Part shown: positions 13,431-27,370 of the stretch, one piece after another | Layout: the number at the start of each line of letters is the position of its first letter | Numbering within the stretch: the stretch's first letter is position 1 | Source of the DNA: Catajapyx aquilonaris | Taxonomy: Eukaryota | NCBI GenBank assembly: GCA_000934665.2 | Contig: JYFJ02001079.1 | Location: 1-64,000, forward strand | Length of the DNA stretch: 64,000 nt | Reading direction: 5' to 3' | Notes under the pieces: model-generated | What the model was told of the DNA's origin: nothing | What the model saw: only the letters and a program-made list of their open reading frames with translations | Database searches by the model: none | Program-made: the position numbers and the translations under genes

Positions 13431-14224
13431 ACATTATGTCAATCTTTATCACCAGGTACCCTCAAACCCTGCACAATGGGCCTCAAAACAGGGTTCTCAC
13501 CTGTCACGCACCTTCTCTCACCCCATAAACAATTCAACAACGCACTATCTCACGTTCATATAGCCCGTTCAAAATTAATTATTTCCCCCCAATCAGAATC
13601 ATTTCCGCATCAGTTCCCGCCCATAAAATAACGAGCGATTTTCGCTCCAAATTTTTGGTCCAAAAAATTTCGGAAGGAAGAGGTGATGAACGACACATTT
13701 CCTTGGTGGGCAACATGGCGGCTTTTTTGGGGGGAGTAGGGGGCAGCCATCTCTGCAATTCAATGGGTCCAACTTGGCCTCCCAAAGTGGGGAGTCGCCA
13801 TTATTCACTTATGTGAAGGCCCGGGAGCGGAAAGGAAAAGGCATTATCTCTTTTCAAAGGCAGAATGGCTTGGGCTACAGAGGGGAGGGGAGGGTTGGGA
13901 TATATCACACACTAGGCCTATATCGGACTGCTATCGGCCTACTAAAAAGCAAAGGGGGCGACTAGAGAGAGGGGTTTTGGCTGTCGCCCCATCACAATAG
14001 GCCCAGGCACACATTTTCTTACGGGCCTGTCGGACCGAGGAACAGATTAAATTCATGCGCTCAACGCTCCAGCGACTGACGTTAGTTATTTGGTGGCTCC
14101 GCATGATAGCCTCTAACTTATGGGCGGAGCTTAGAGGAAGCCCGCCTAGGAGAGTATCAGATGTGCGCGCCACCTTATGAGAGGGGATACCAAGTACCTC
14201 ATGGACACAAACGTAGGTGTTAAG

Positions 14225-14905
14225 CTACTAATATAGCGAATAAACATCACTGCTACCAGGTGTAGCGAATGATAATCACTGCTACCAACTCTAAATAATA
14301 GTTATAATTGGTAACAGTGATCTGTATTGGTTATAGTTGGTAACAGTGATCTGTATTAGTTATGGTTGGCAACAATGATTTCTATTTGCTGCATCTGGTA
14401 GCAGTGATTTTTATTCGCTGCATCTGGTAGCAGTGATTTTTATTCGCTGCATCATTCTGGTAGCAGTGATCTTTATTCGCTGGATCTGGTAGCAGTGATT
14501 TTGATTGTGATTATCACTGTTACCAACTAAAAATAATATAGTCATAGTTGGTAGTAGTGATCTGTATTAGTTATAGTTGGTAGCAGCGATTTTGATTATC
14601 ACTGATACCATTAAAATAATACAGGTAGTTATAGTTGGTAAGTGGTCTGTATTAGTTATAGTTGGTAACAGTGATCTCTATTAGTTATGATTGGCAACAA
14701 TGATTTCTATTTACTGTATCTGCTGGTAGCAGTGATTTTTATTCGCTACATTTGGAAGCAGTGATTTTTCTTCGCTACATTTGGAAGCAGTGATTTTTAT
14801 TCGCTACATTTGGAAGCAGTGATTTTTATTCGCTACATTTGGTAGCTGTGATTTTGATTGTGATTATACCAACTATAAGTAATACAACTCACCGCTACCA
14901 GCTTC
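14225..14905. repeat. TGGTAGCAGTGAT minisatellite (~29-bp unit) containing inverted units
   Basis: tttggaagcagtgatttttattcgctaca x3 at ~14750-14840; reverse-complement units atcactgctacca at ~14247, 14276 and variants at ~14513, 14598. Confidence 0.9.
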
Positions 14906-15259
14906 TAACACGTCGGTAATAGCTAATGAAATCCCCCTCAGGAGCAGTTAATTCGGGCGCCAACCCGTAACAACTGGGTGCGAATCGAAGCTTCCAGGAT
15001 TCCGATCGCGTTTACTTCCATCGATCAGAAAACATTCCCCTCCCCTCCCCCTCCACCACCCGTCGAAGTTGTGGGTTTTAACTGTGGGAGGGGGTAGTGT
15101 GCGGTCGGAGGGGCATCCCTGTAGTAGCAGTGTCAATTACACAGTTGCCAGGCGATAAGAGGATCGCTTCCAGTTCAAACCGATCCTCAAATTGGTTGTC
15201 GAGGTGGCGATGACTGTTACATGTTCCGACTTGGAGATGGAACATTTGGGATAGTCAAA

Positions 15260-15860
15260 GTCGATTTATCTCTCTTTGATAATCATTCATTGATATGTAT
15301 GATTGGATATCGATATATCAGCTCCAATCAGCTATGTGGACACGCAATGGGATTTATCGATATTTTAATATACTCGTATCAACATTTTCTTCAGATGTCG
15401 ATATGTTTCGATGTAGTGGATATTTCTATATTATATATCGATATATTTCCTTGTAATGATATTTCTATATTTTATATCAATATATTTCCATGTAATGATA
15501 TTTCTCTATTATACCGTATATCGATACATCACACAGGATATGGATGTTTATAGATATATTGATGTTTCTGAATTGCGTATCGATATATTGATGTTTCTGA
15601 ATTGCGTATCAATATATTGATATTTCAATATTTCATTGGTATATTAAATAGGATATCGATATTTTCGATGTTGAACTTTATCCAATCATTTATCGATATC
15701 CTCCCGATAAATCGATATATGCCAATATGTCGCACAACATTTCTTCATATCGATATGTTTCGATACATCGCTCAACATATCGATATATCTTCTATTCTAT
15801 CACGACCAAAATCAGTATATCGAGGATTCGATGTTATATATCGATTTTCGATGTCTAATG
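15260..15860. repeat. Degenerate ATCGAT/GATAT array
   Basis: Dense tatcgat/atcgata motifs with short local duplications. Confidence 0.75.
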
Positions 15861-16884
15861 CGTCAGGCTGATCGTAATGATTATGACTTTGAACAGCCAC
15901 CACCCGGGGCGCTCAAAGCCGGGCCAAAAGCATATGAATAAACGCCATACGGGACTTTAATCTTCCGGATTTTCCATCGCTTCTGGACCGCAGAAAGTGG
16001 TTGCCCGGACCTAAATCCTCAAATTAAAGTGTCATCAGGTGAATTTCCCTTAGCCACGCCCCCACATTCGCCTCCGACTATATAATTGTTATTTTAATGG
16101 CTGCGGCGATTAAATGTCTTTTCTAGGAAAAAATAGAACAGGGTGAGCTCAAGTTCGGTTCTAATTACGTAATGAGCGGGTTCTGAGTTTTTGGAATGTT
16201 TAACGTGCGGCCAGTTTGACTGTCAGTCAACCGCTATTTTTACGCTACGGTATTTGCTCTATATGAGAAGGCTTTGAGCTACAAAATGGCCGCCACTCCA
16301 AACAACAAGAAATTGCTGACTATTTTTTGACTTTTGTTTTAAAGATGAAATGGTGTTTTAGAACCGGTCTTTTCTGGTGGCAACGGTGTGGATTGGAGTC
16401 GGCCAGGCAGCCATAACAGCTGCCACACGATGCGATGCAGCTAACCAGCAAAAAGCAGGAGTGATGATGGCCCGTGGTATCAAGCTTCCAGCCTTCCAGA
16501 TTAGAGCCCCATTCAAAAACCGGGGGCCAGCACCGGAGGGCTTATTTACTCCCGGATTTTGAGGGAGGTGGGGGAGGGAGGAGGCTACACCGTAATTCCT
16601 TTTGAAATATTAGGAGAGAGGATTCGCATCTGGGATATGGGACATGCGGTGGTTGGGAAAGCGGGGTAAAAGTGACACTAGTTTTGGTAACATTGGTCAC
16701 CATACCTGGCGTTGGTTGGGTAGAGGATGGTTCAGAAATTAACCGGTTGTTTAACCTATGGATTGATCTAGAACTAACTGTACATGTCATTCTTGATTTT
16801 TTGAACAAAACATTCTAGTTAGAATGATTTCCCTGTAGCATCGATACAGATATTTGATAGTTCATGTTATCCATATCGATGACA

Positions 16885-17122
16885 AAGTATTTATATCGAT
16901 AACATCAATTATAAATATTTTGTCATCAATATCGATAACATCAATTATAAATATTTTGTCATCAATATCGATAACATCAATTATAAATATTTTGTCATCA
17001 ATATTGATAACATCAATTGTAAATATTTTGTCATCAATATCGATAACATCAATCATAAATATTTTGTCACAAATATCGATAACATCAATTATAAATATTT
17101 TGTCATCAATATCGATAACATG
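16885..17122. repeat. 36-bp minisatellite with TATCGATA core (~6.5 copies)
   Basis: atatcgataacatcaattataaatattttgtcatca repeated. Confidence 0.95.
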
Positions 17123-17372
17123 ACGTATCAAATATCAATACCGATAACATGAACTATCAAATATTGTTATCGATAAGATTAATTATCAAATTATTATTTA
17201 CATAGATTACATCTAATATCAACATTGAAAACATGGAATGATAATAAATTATCGAATATCGATACCTCCAGGAAATTGTTTTAACACGAATATCGATAAC
17301 ATTAGATAACACAATAGATGTCGATATTTATTTTAATGCTATCAATATTAAAGGTACCATCCCATGTCGCTC

Positions 17373-17548
17373 TCGATATTCAATGTTTCATATCGATATT
17401 CAATGTTTCATATCGATATTCAATGTTTCATATCGATATTCAATGTTTCATATCGATATTCAATGTTTCATATCGATATTCAATGTTTCATATCGATATT
17501 CAATGTATCATATCGATATTCAATGTTTCATATCGATATTCAATGTTT
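17373..17548. repeat. 20-bp minisatellite with TATCGATA core (~9 copies)
   Basis: tcgatattcaatgtttcata repeated, one substitution. Confidence 0.97.
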
Positions 17549-20500
17549 ATTATCATTATTTGTTGCTGTTATATCATCGATATTAGATAAAATCGCGTAT
17601 CGAGTAGTGTTTCCAGCTTTCCTGCAGGTTCCACACCTGGCAGGCTTGGAATTAGTTTGTTCCTAGCACTGTACCTGAATAAAACCTGGCGATAAATCCG
17701 GGCCCCGATTTATGAGGGGCGTCATGTGTTACCAAGTGCGAGATTTTTATGGGTGACGACGTGACCGGACCAGCGGAGGGGGCACAGTGCAGCTCGTAAA
17801 ATATACTGCAACCAACCCCCTTTCCCCTGTCGTAACAACACCCATACTATCAGTCAAGTCCAAACTTTTTAATTTGGGACCCGGTCTGGTTCCTACGATA
17901 AAATGGAGTCCACGACAGGATTAAAATGTCGGTGAGCAAGTTTAGCATCTGCTGGCAGTTTAGGTCCGACCAAATCCGGACCTATGTGGTCGCCCTAAGG
18001 CCCCCTGGATCAGGGAAAAAAAAATTTAAAGGAAGGAGTTGGCGTATTCGATAGTTGGACAGGATTGGAAATAAGATGGGGCTTAACTTGTGGCGGAATG
18101 TGGTTTAAGTGTCGACATTAATGGTGTTATCTGGAGCAAAGTGTTGGTCATCTCATGGGTCAGTATTAAAATTCTGCACTAATAACGTACATGAGTTTAC
18201 TTAAATTTCAGTAGGCTTCCTATAAAAAGGCATCTAACTTCATTTTACTAATGTCGTAATTTCCACTAGTTTCGAACCAGTAAATTAAAAAAAAAATTTA
18301 TCAAAATTTTCACTCATAATTGGCCCAAATTCGCTGCAAAGGGACATATTTGACGCAGCTGAAATTATTCATTTGGCAAATTTTTTGTAGGACATGTGCA
18401 TGCAGGGGGTTAATTAGCTGTGGGGACGTTGCTAATAGAGTCATTTCAATATTGCAGTGTGCCTATCGGCTATGGAATGTGCCCAAAATACATTTTGAAG
18501 CTAAGGTCTGTACTGTACTAGTACCGGCACCATATACTGTATAAGTATTATAGCCTATGCTATTAAAGTCGACTACAAAATGAGTGCTAAAAATTGCCGA
18601 AAAATTTGTATCTCGTTTATGATTATTTGTGTCATAAAAATGTTACCGGAGAACCGGAATTTCTCCCAAATTTGATAATTCCAATATAATAATTTTTATA
18701 GTGTATAAAAATTAAAATAACTATTATAGATACTAATGATAAATGTAAAAAATAAAAGATGAGCTATTCAATTGGAAAATATTTCTGACAAATTTTATGA
18801 TTGCAATGAAATTTTTTAAATGCAGTAATATATAAAAATTGCAATTCGATATATACTAATAAATTTAATAAATAAATCAGCAATTCAATGACAAAATATG
18901 AAAGAAAAATTGCGATTGACAAGCAATTAATTTCAGCATATCTCCACAAATTTGTCCAAAACATTAGCCCCATCTGCATTCAGCTTGGTCTTAGACCTAT
19001 TTTTATTCTCTATTCCCCCCCCCCCCNCCCCCCCCCCCCCCTTCCTTTGATTCGACCATTTGAAGGCAAGTGGTCTGGAGTAGCGGCCACGGACTTTTCT
19101 TCCACGCAAAGTGGCGAAAAGTTTCAACATCGAGACGATACACTATAGGAGGAAAAAGGGCGGGCCAACCTTGTTTTTTGGCCAAAAAAAACTCCTTTTG
19201 AAAAAAAAAAGATCCGAATGTTTTTTTTTGTACCAGAATTTTTTGTGTGGCCCTTTTCCCTTCTCAGCTTAACGTTATTCACGAGTGGCTTCAAGAAGTT
19301 GGGTGGGGAAACTAATGCGTTTTCCGAGTTCCAAGACGGTCCTCGCAAAGGATTGGCGAAACCGGAGAGATTTGCTAAATACAAAGAAACAGCGGGAAGG
19401 AATGAATTCACAAAAAAAAAAGTGAGGGGGGGAGGTATGGGGTGGAGGAGTTACGTTCTTAAGGCACGCACCTGCTCGGCAAATAAGCTTCAAAGGGGCC
19501 CAAATCAAGTTGGATTAAGACACGTCCTTGCGCTGAGTTTTAAAGGAGTGGAGGATGGTAAGGGGGTGGAGGAGGAGAAGGAGGAGGAGATAATGCGATT
19601 TACTGTGGAGACCTTTTTTTTCTTTGTTGCAAATTTTTAGTCATGGCCACAGACTAGGTTTTGCATTTGGCAGGAGGGTTTTTTTTTGGAATGAAAATGT
19701 GTTGGGGAAAATCGAAGATCGGATATCGATATGATCATCTGGAAATTTTCGGTAGAAATTACAAATTATTTTAGTCACAACACAGTCACAATTTAACACT
19801 GCAAATCAATGACAAAGGAATATATAATTTAACATTTTACTGGAATGTTAATTATTGAATAAGAAATTATTTTCTATTTTATGCTGTCTGGATCATAAAT
19901 TACATTATTAAATAATACATTCCTAATTTTGTTATATTATATGTTTAATGATTTATATTGATGTATCATGATATGGCGCATGTACGTATGTCTACTGGCA
20001 GGTGCTAATATTAAATTAACTATCACGATTAATTAATAATATATTAATAAATTTTATTAATATTAAAATGTAATGTACAAAATTGGTTTAAATGAAACGG
20101 GTACCGGTAGTCAACATTAATAAATCATTTTAAATGATAGTTTTATAACATTTTTATTATTTGCTTTAATTTTCTTTAATTTTATGAGTTCTAAATATCG
20201 ATGTATTATAATAACTAATAAAATATTGTATATTATTTTTATTATCAACTTTTTATCATTAACAATAATGACTTATGTTGACTACCAGATTCATTTAACA
20301 TATTCTTTTGTACATTACATTTTAATATTGACATACGGTACCGTAAATTTTATACTTGCACATGTCATTAGACATGCAAAAATCTACACTTGAATAGATT
20401 TATTTGTGTAATTTTATTTGTGTTAATTATTTTATTTTATTTTATATTAATTTATCATGTTTTTGTTTTATTTGTGTATTTTTATTCACTTGTAAGAGAA

Positions 20501-21519
20501 AAGAAATTTTCACAAAATTTTGTACCCAAAGCTGGCAGTACCGGTACTACTTACGTCATACTATTACAAAACACATCACTATTCCTATCCCTTGACGTAC
20601 ACTAGATTAATTAATAATCCGGATTACACACATAACTTCAAATCCATAATCCTCCTACGTCACTCCCTAACCCAATTATTGTTCCCTTCTCCCCAAAAAA
20701 AACAGAGTGAACTGACCCATAACCCAGTTTTCCTCTCTGAATCTACAATGGTAATGCCTCTTCAGATAGAGCCCGTACAGACGGACTTATTACTGCAGCA
20801 GAGCCTATTTGAGCACTTTCCATAATTGCATTGCGTACTTTTAATTACCCCCCTTCCTCCTCTTCTGTTCCTATACAGAACAAGACGCTATTTTTTTGTT
20901 CCTTGAAAAGAACTGCTTTTTGTAGGCCCATGTTGTTACTTTATCTGCCAGTCCGGGTCATTTCCAAACTTGTGTTTTTCTTTTGGACCTCCCCCTCCCT
21001 TACCCCACCCCGCAGGATCCAAAAGAACTTTTTGCATTAAAAGAACTCAGTTTTTGGGGGGAGTTAACAGATAATAAAGGCCAGGCCAAATTGGCAAACT
21101 TGTCTATTTGCGCGGGACAGATTTAAGAGGCGGCTTCTCCAAAAGAAGAAGGCACTTTCAGATAAGCAGACGTGCTGTTATTGTGTCAGGAACAATCGGA
21201 CCCAAATTGTGCTATTAAAAATGGCAGGAAGGGAAATGCTTGTCTGACTATAAAAAAGAGTGGGGTTGATATAATTTTATGCATGGCTATAGTCAGAGTT
21301 ATAGCTCAGTAGGGCTACTATGAAAGTAGTAGAGGATACGTTCTGTAGTGTGGGTTAAGTCCAACAGTTACAAACCAAAAGTGAAAACATTTTTAAAATA
21401 CTAAAATATTACATGTTTTTTAAGAAATGAGATATTTAGTTAATTCATTTTATTTCGTTTTTTAAATATTATTTATTTACTTTTCGTCATTTTCATGAAA
21501 TGTATTGGTTTATTTTCAG

Positions 21520-21735
21520 ACAATGTAGCACCCATAATTTTAGTCAATGTAGCAGCTAAGCTTTTAGTCAACGTGGCAGCTAAGCTTTTAATCAATGTAG
21601 CAGCTAAGCTTTTAGTCAACGTGGCAGCTAAGATTTTAGACACTGTAGCAGCTAAATTTTTAGTCAATGTAGCAGCTAAGTTTTTAGTCAAAGTAGCAGT
21701 CACATTTTTGTCAATGTATCAGCTAAATTTTAGGC
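21520..21735. repeat. 24-bp minisatellite (~9 copies)
   Basis: aatgtagcagctaagcttttagtc units; ORFs 21473-21703 and 21495-21740 are its translation. Confidence 0.93.
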
Positions 21736-22264
21736 AATAGTTTTAAATAATTTGAAGTATTTTAGGTAACATATTTATTTAATTTTTAGGTCGGATATTT
21801 CATTAAGTTTTGGACAATTATTTGACAAAAATTGATAGATGGCGCAGGCTGCTTCCTTCCCAAATTCTGTCGCGGCACGACATGATGGAGGCGTTAAAAT
21901 ATACAGTACCGTATATAAACCTACTTTTTAGAAGGATATGGCTAACTATTCCGGGTATACCAAAACATCCGCTAATAAGCTCCGTTGCTAATGTATACGA
22001 GACAACCACCGACAACAATAAACCTATAGCTCCTGTCCAACAAACAGCAAAGTAAATAGACCCGGATACTCCTCCCCTCAGCACTTGACTAACAAATTGC
22101 GCTTCCACACCGGATCTGAAAAGTCCTGTTTATGTTCCGGAAAAACCCGGGCAAGTCCGTCATCCGACTACTAGGCGACAACTTTACGACGACATTACAA
22201 ACTACCATACCATACCATCCCCCTATTTCCACCACCCAAAAAAGAGCCGGTTTCAGTCCCAAAC

Positions 22265-22279
22265 CCTGCAGAGGGCGCT
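22265..22279 (+). promoter_or_regulatory. Candidate CTCF site
   Basis: CCTGCAGAGGGCGCT matches 14/15 of CCASYAGRKGGCRSY. Confidence 0.4.
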
Positions 22280-22814
22280 TTTGAGCAACCGGATCCATCC
22301 GAAATGAAATCCGGAGCGTGGAGAGATGCGTCACTCGCCATTAATGCATCCACCCCTCTTTTTTTCAAAAAAAAAAAAAAAATCCGTACTATCCCACCCA
22401 GCCCACCCATCCAGCAGGGTCCTCTCCAGCCTGGTCCCAACATGCCCTAATTTATTTAAAATCCTTTAGCGGCGACGCGAACTAACCGCCAGGGTTTTCC
22501 ATCCCGTGCCATCATGGCTGATGCACGTGCGGATTTTTGCCTAAAAATTGCCTCGTCATGGCAGCGTCAGGCTGTCCTGCTTGCTCAGTCTGGGGTGTGA
22601 GGAAGGGTGGGACATTCGCAAAAAAAATGGCGAGCCAAAAAATTCGAGGAGATGAAATATGGCCGCCAAGAACAATACCAGGTTGATATGGGCATATGAT
22701 TTTAAGATTTTATTTTAGCTGTTCTAACCATGTCTATGAGATAATATATGCTTATGTATTCTCATATAGGTAGTATATTAATAAGGTTAGGGGAGATAAT
22801 GATAGGTTATTATG

Positions 22815-23070
22815 GGTTAGGATGGGTTAGGTTAGGTTAGGTTAGCTAAGACGTAATTGACAAGACTGAGAGCCAATAAGGATTGACAAGACTGAGGGTT
22901 AGGTTAGGTTAGGTTAGACGTAATTGACAAGACTGAGGGTAAATAAGGATTTACAAGACTGCGGGTTAGGTTAGGTTAGGTTAGGTTAGGTTAGACGTAA
23001 TTGACAAGACTGAGGGTAAATAAGGATTTACAAGACTGCGGGTTAGGTATAGTAAGAATTTACAAGACTG
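22815..23070 (+). repeat. Composite interstitial telomere-like repeat: (TTAGG)4-6 alternating with a ~50-bp ACAAGACTG-containing unit
   Basis: Three ~70-80-bp higher-order units: ggttaggttagg...acgtaattgacaagactgagggtaaataaggatttacaagactgcg. Confidence 0.92.
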
Positions 23071-24979
23071 AACATCTGGTGAAGTTTGCAACGAACAGTA
23101 ATACCATGTCTGTCACATAGATAGCCCCTAGCTCACTGGACAAACAGAGGCGCAGACCCAAGCCAATTCTATACAATAGTTTGTATTTACATACTTATTA
23201 ATAATTCTCGTTTATGCTTATTTGGAGGGTCATAAAGTAGTGAACAAGTTCGTTCCTTGAGCCATTTCGAGCCATGAACATCACTACAAGTCCTTTCCCT
23301 TGAAAGCCTTGGACTTAAGACCTTTTCATGGACAAAAACCGCTTCCTCCTTCCAGTAAACCGCATCTCCTCGGTTTGCTATTAGCCAACCGGTATCAAAA
23401 GGGGGTTCCTTCCTTAACCCCTGGTTTTAGAAGACAAAAAAAGGAGGAAATCAGAAAGTGCTGAATAAGTAAATGTCAGGCATGGCGAATCCCCAGCGGT
23501 GCATTTGGGATAATGGTAAATCCCCAATTGATACAGGGTGAGTCTGGAGGGTACTTCTAATTTATGGCACATCCAAGCGAAAATGGAAAGTTATCAAGGC
23601 AAGGTAGGTAAAAGTTTCCCTTCAAGGAAAAGACACGCGCCTTTGCTTCTTCTTTTTCTTTGGAAGAGAGAGAAAAAAAGAACTTCTTCCTTTATGGTCG
23701 ACTGTGACACGTCTTCGCAATTTTATTAACGCCAGAAATTGATGTCATAAACTCAAGCTCTGCAGACGAGGCGTTTTCTTCAGCCCTTTGCCATTGGTTC
23801 CCTCCTCTTTCTATCTTTGGTTGGTTCAGATGGGAAGAGGGGGGAAGAAACTCCTGAGTTAAAAGGATAGGAAAAAAAAGAAAGTTATATAGCAAATGCT
23901 TCAAAGTTTTGGTTCCAATCGGCGGCTGTTAGGCCAACTTGGGAATGGTCACTCGCAATCGTGTCCAAAATGTCCCTCGACGGACACATTTTTGTCAACC
24001 TGTACAATAAAGGATAGGCTGGTTCTGATAGGATTCATTGATTGTTAGGTCAGTTTTCTGCTGAACAAAGAACAGTATTTCTATTAATGGATAATTTCAT
24101 TTCATTTATTTTACGTATTATATTTTATGTATTCTGTGAAATTTATTATATCATTATACGCAGTGTAATTTATTTTATTTATTGTATGAATTATGGGTGT
24201 ATTTTATTTATTTATTTACTTTATTTTTAAAGTATTTTTTTCATTATGAAATTATTCGACTAGCCATATTTCTCTGTCCAAATTCAATCACAGCAATCCA
24301 TCAAGAGTATGAACAATTTTTTGATTAATGATCAGTACAATGTCAGATTCACTCGCTTCAATTAAGCAATATATGTACTGTAATTACACTCCCCCCCCTA
24401 AACTTTAGCAAACTTTTTTAGAGTTTAATATCAAGGCTGACGTAAGGCAGCCATCTGCAGAGATGATTGTTGAAGAGACTTGAATGCCCTGTTACACTTT
24501 TACAATCAATCCAAATAAATCAGATTTTTTTGGTGGAAGTGCAGGGTTTGGCCCACCCTCTCTCTTTTTTGCCCAAAAAATTATTTTTCCTCCCATGAGA
24601 ACCGTACATTTTTGACGTTTTTATTGCAACTGGAAGACAGACTGATTCAATTTTATGCCCGGTACTATTCTCTGGAGAAGCCCATTTCTCTCATATTACT
24701 TTTAATGTGTTCAGTAATTTCATTTCAACGTTTTTTTAGAATCCAACTCTCTCTAGCAACCCACCCTCAACTCCAGAATAATCTAATGAACCCTCAGAAT
24801 ATGGCGTATGTTCGCCATTAAACCGTCATCTTTCGGCCAAACCAGAGACCGAAAGTACACATGAAATTACACCAAAAATTCGTTCCCACAAATATTATAT
24901 TACATAATTATCCATTATACGTACCTGTTCGTCAAAAAAATGTTATGTCCAAAATTCTAGTTTGAGGCGATCGATAGGT

Positions 24980-25312
24980 CATTAGGTGGATATTGGACAA
25001 AATATCGTAGCCATATTGTTGAAATATATTTCGGACGGAAAATTTTTAACACATTTTGACCAGGACTTTAGCGGGACAACCATGTTGGACAAAAAATATT
25101 GGACTAATGTTTTTTTTTGGCAGAAAATAATTTTGGAGGAATTTTTGTACGGAAAATATATTGGATTAAAGTTAACTTCTGTGTACATTTTTTGACTTGA
25201 AAAATATATTAGATACTGGACTAATATTGGATCGAAAAATTTATTGGACAAAATGAATGCCTTTGGACCAAGTTGAACTTGATACCTTTGGACCAAATGG
25301 TGTGAAACCCTT
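24980..25312. repeat. Degenerate TTGGAC array, foldback-arm-like
   Basis: Recurrent ttggac/ttggacaa motifs ending ...ttggaccaaatggtgtgaaacc. Confidence 0.6.
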
Positions 25313-25989
25313 CGGGCCAGAATTTTTCAACATTTTTCCTCTGCCAAAATTTTTTGGGGGGTTAAAAAGGTGAGCCACTGACTAGTGGCACCTCTTGCAG
25401 GCTGTTCCGGGAAGATCCGGAGGATCAATACTGCATGGTGGCAGGGACTTTGGCGCCGGTCCTACTGCGCCGAATCCAACCCAGAGAGAGAGAGAGCTAG
25501 AGATGTGCAAGGAAATTAGGCGAAAGAGCTACTCGGAAATTCCTAGCAAACCTTTAACTGTAGGTTTCCACCAGTCGGAGAACTCCAAAAAACCTCTCTG
25601 ACTTTGCTGGGACCGGACTTTGAAGCGCCTCAGGGCTAGTGGTAAACAGGGTTAAACGCTGGGAGTTATACAAATAGCTGACGCTTTCCCCTAGCTTAGG
25701 ACCCCCTCACGAGTTGGCCCTTTGGACGCCGTGACCTACTAAAGCATTTCCAGGCGACATTTCCGTGCAAGGACGCCCGACGGTGCGTGCAGGGACACAA
25801 CAGCAGGGTGTTCTAAGCTTAGAAGAAATGTGCTGGGTTCGTACCTCTGCTAGAAGAACATTCGCTAAAATTAAAATCTGCATCGAGCAGGCAGCGCCAT
25901 CTGTAAACAAGTCACAGCGCCATCTGCAAGCTGGCTGGATTTTTGTACAAAAATGTGATATGATCTGTACTTACACCTGTATGCTATAT

Positions 25990-26390
25990 AGAAATGACCC
26001 ATTTTTCCGCAGATGGAACAGAAACTAGATTGGTGTGATTCGAGTAGACTTTTTCTCATTTCTAAGGAAATTCAAATTCGATAACGACATAGAATGTCAG
26101 TCTCATTTCTCATTTGCAAGTGCAAGTGCGACCGCCTGTTGACTTGATCTTGGCTGATAGAGTGATCCTGGACAACCGGAAGTTGGCCAGTGTAGGGTCC
26201 GTTGAATCCGAATCCGAGAACCGTTTTTCGATACCTCTTGCTGTTCAACCTGTCTACCTGTTCGATTAGAAAAAGTCTAATGACTAATCTGAATGTATCA
26301 CATCGATGCATGTTAGACATGTATCGATACTCCCATCGGCATGGACTTTCAAAATGTCCCATTCATCTGCAGATGAAACAGAAACCTTAC
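25990..26390 (+). mobile_element. Copy of a dispersed repeat family (related to 44110-44660), bracketed by ~35-bp direct repeats
   Basis: gtgattcgagtagac (~26035) and aatccgaatccga (~26206) shared with 44110-44520; aaatg.cccatt...gcagatg.aacagaaac at ~25992 and ~26352. Confidence 0.65.
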
Positions 26391-27159
26391 TGGGAAGGAT
26401 ATCTGGGTATTGTACAATCCCCAGAAGCCTAATTCATCTCGGCAGCGCTTCAAATTCCCTCCAGGGGGAACCCTCCCCGTACACCCTGGGTGTCGTCATC
26501 CAATACGAACAGCTCCAGGTGGAATTTTGCCATGTCCGACCAACCAGGTTCGCACAAAAAAACATGATGGAAAATTCGGCGGATGAGAGTCATCACACTT
26601 CCGTCAGAACACATTTCGTACGTAACGACAAAATGTTCGTACGAAAAGTTTAGGACGAGTTTCTCCCTGCTTTTCATACTGTACAGTGTAATAGATGGGG
26701 TGTTACCAAAACTTCATTAACTTGATCATTGCACGTTCTGAGGGTAATGACATGAGGCTTTATAGTGGACTTGCTTATCACGACGTAACGCATCGATCAC
26801 TCTCGCTACGAGCGTGTGTCCAACGGAATTCTCAGCAGGGCTCAGCAGGAGCGATAGTCGCCCGGGGATGAGATAGAAGGGTGTGGTGATGTTGCTACAG
26901 CTGCTGGAAGGGCAATCAGCAACATTCTTTGCCAGGTTTGTCATGTGCTAAATGGTATTTCTCACACTGCTCATAGGCCTGTGGTGACGTCAGTTGGAAG
27001 TTGTGGCGTTAAGAGGCCATTTTGAATAAGTTGAAAGCGATAATTTCCAATGATTTTGATATCGGTCGTTCAAATTTGGAGTGTAAAAATAATATTACTA
27101 ATAATATTAATTAATATTAAAAATTAAATTTAGAATAACAAACGAAATTCAAAATGAAA

Positions 27160-27370
27160 GTTAATTACAGTAGACGATAAAAATTAATTACAGTACAAAT
27201 TAAAATTAAAAATACAATTAATCGCAGTGCAAATTAAATTAATGATAAAATTAATTGCAGTGCAAATTAAAATTAATAATAAAATTAATTGCAGTGCAAA
27301 TTAAAATTAATAATAAAATTAATTGCAGTGTAAATTAAAATTAACAATGCGAGTAATTAAAATTAAAAAT
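27160..27370. repeat. AT-rich 34-bp minisatellite
   Basis: taattgcagtgcaaattaaaattaataataaaat units; gcagtg at 27257 and 27291. Confidence 0.88.

Noticed and set aside
5464..21740. Repetitive-peptide ORFs (5464-5835, 11016-11375, 16854-17131, 17318-17666, 21473-21740)
   Set aside because: All lie inside minisatellites.
26430..27000. Coding-looking stretch (ORFs 26306-26653, 26726-26944)
   Set aside because: No recognisable protein or paired splice sites; could be old TE or unique non-coding DNA.
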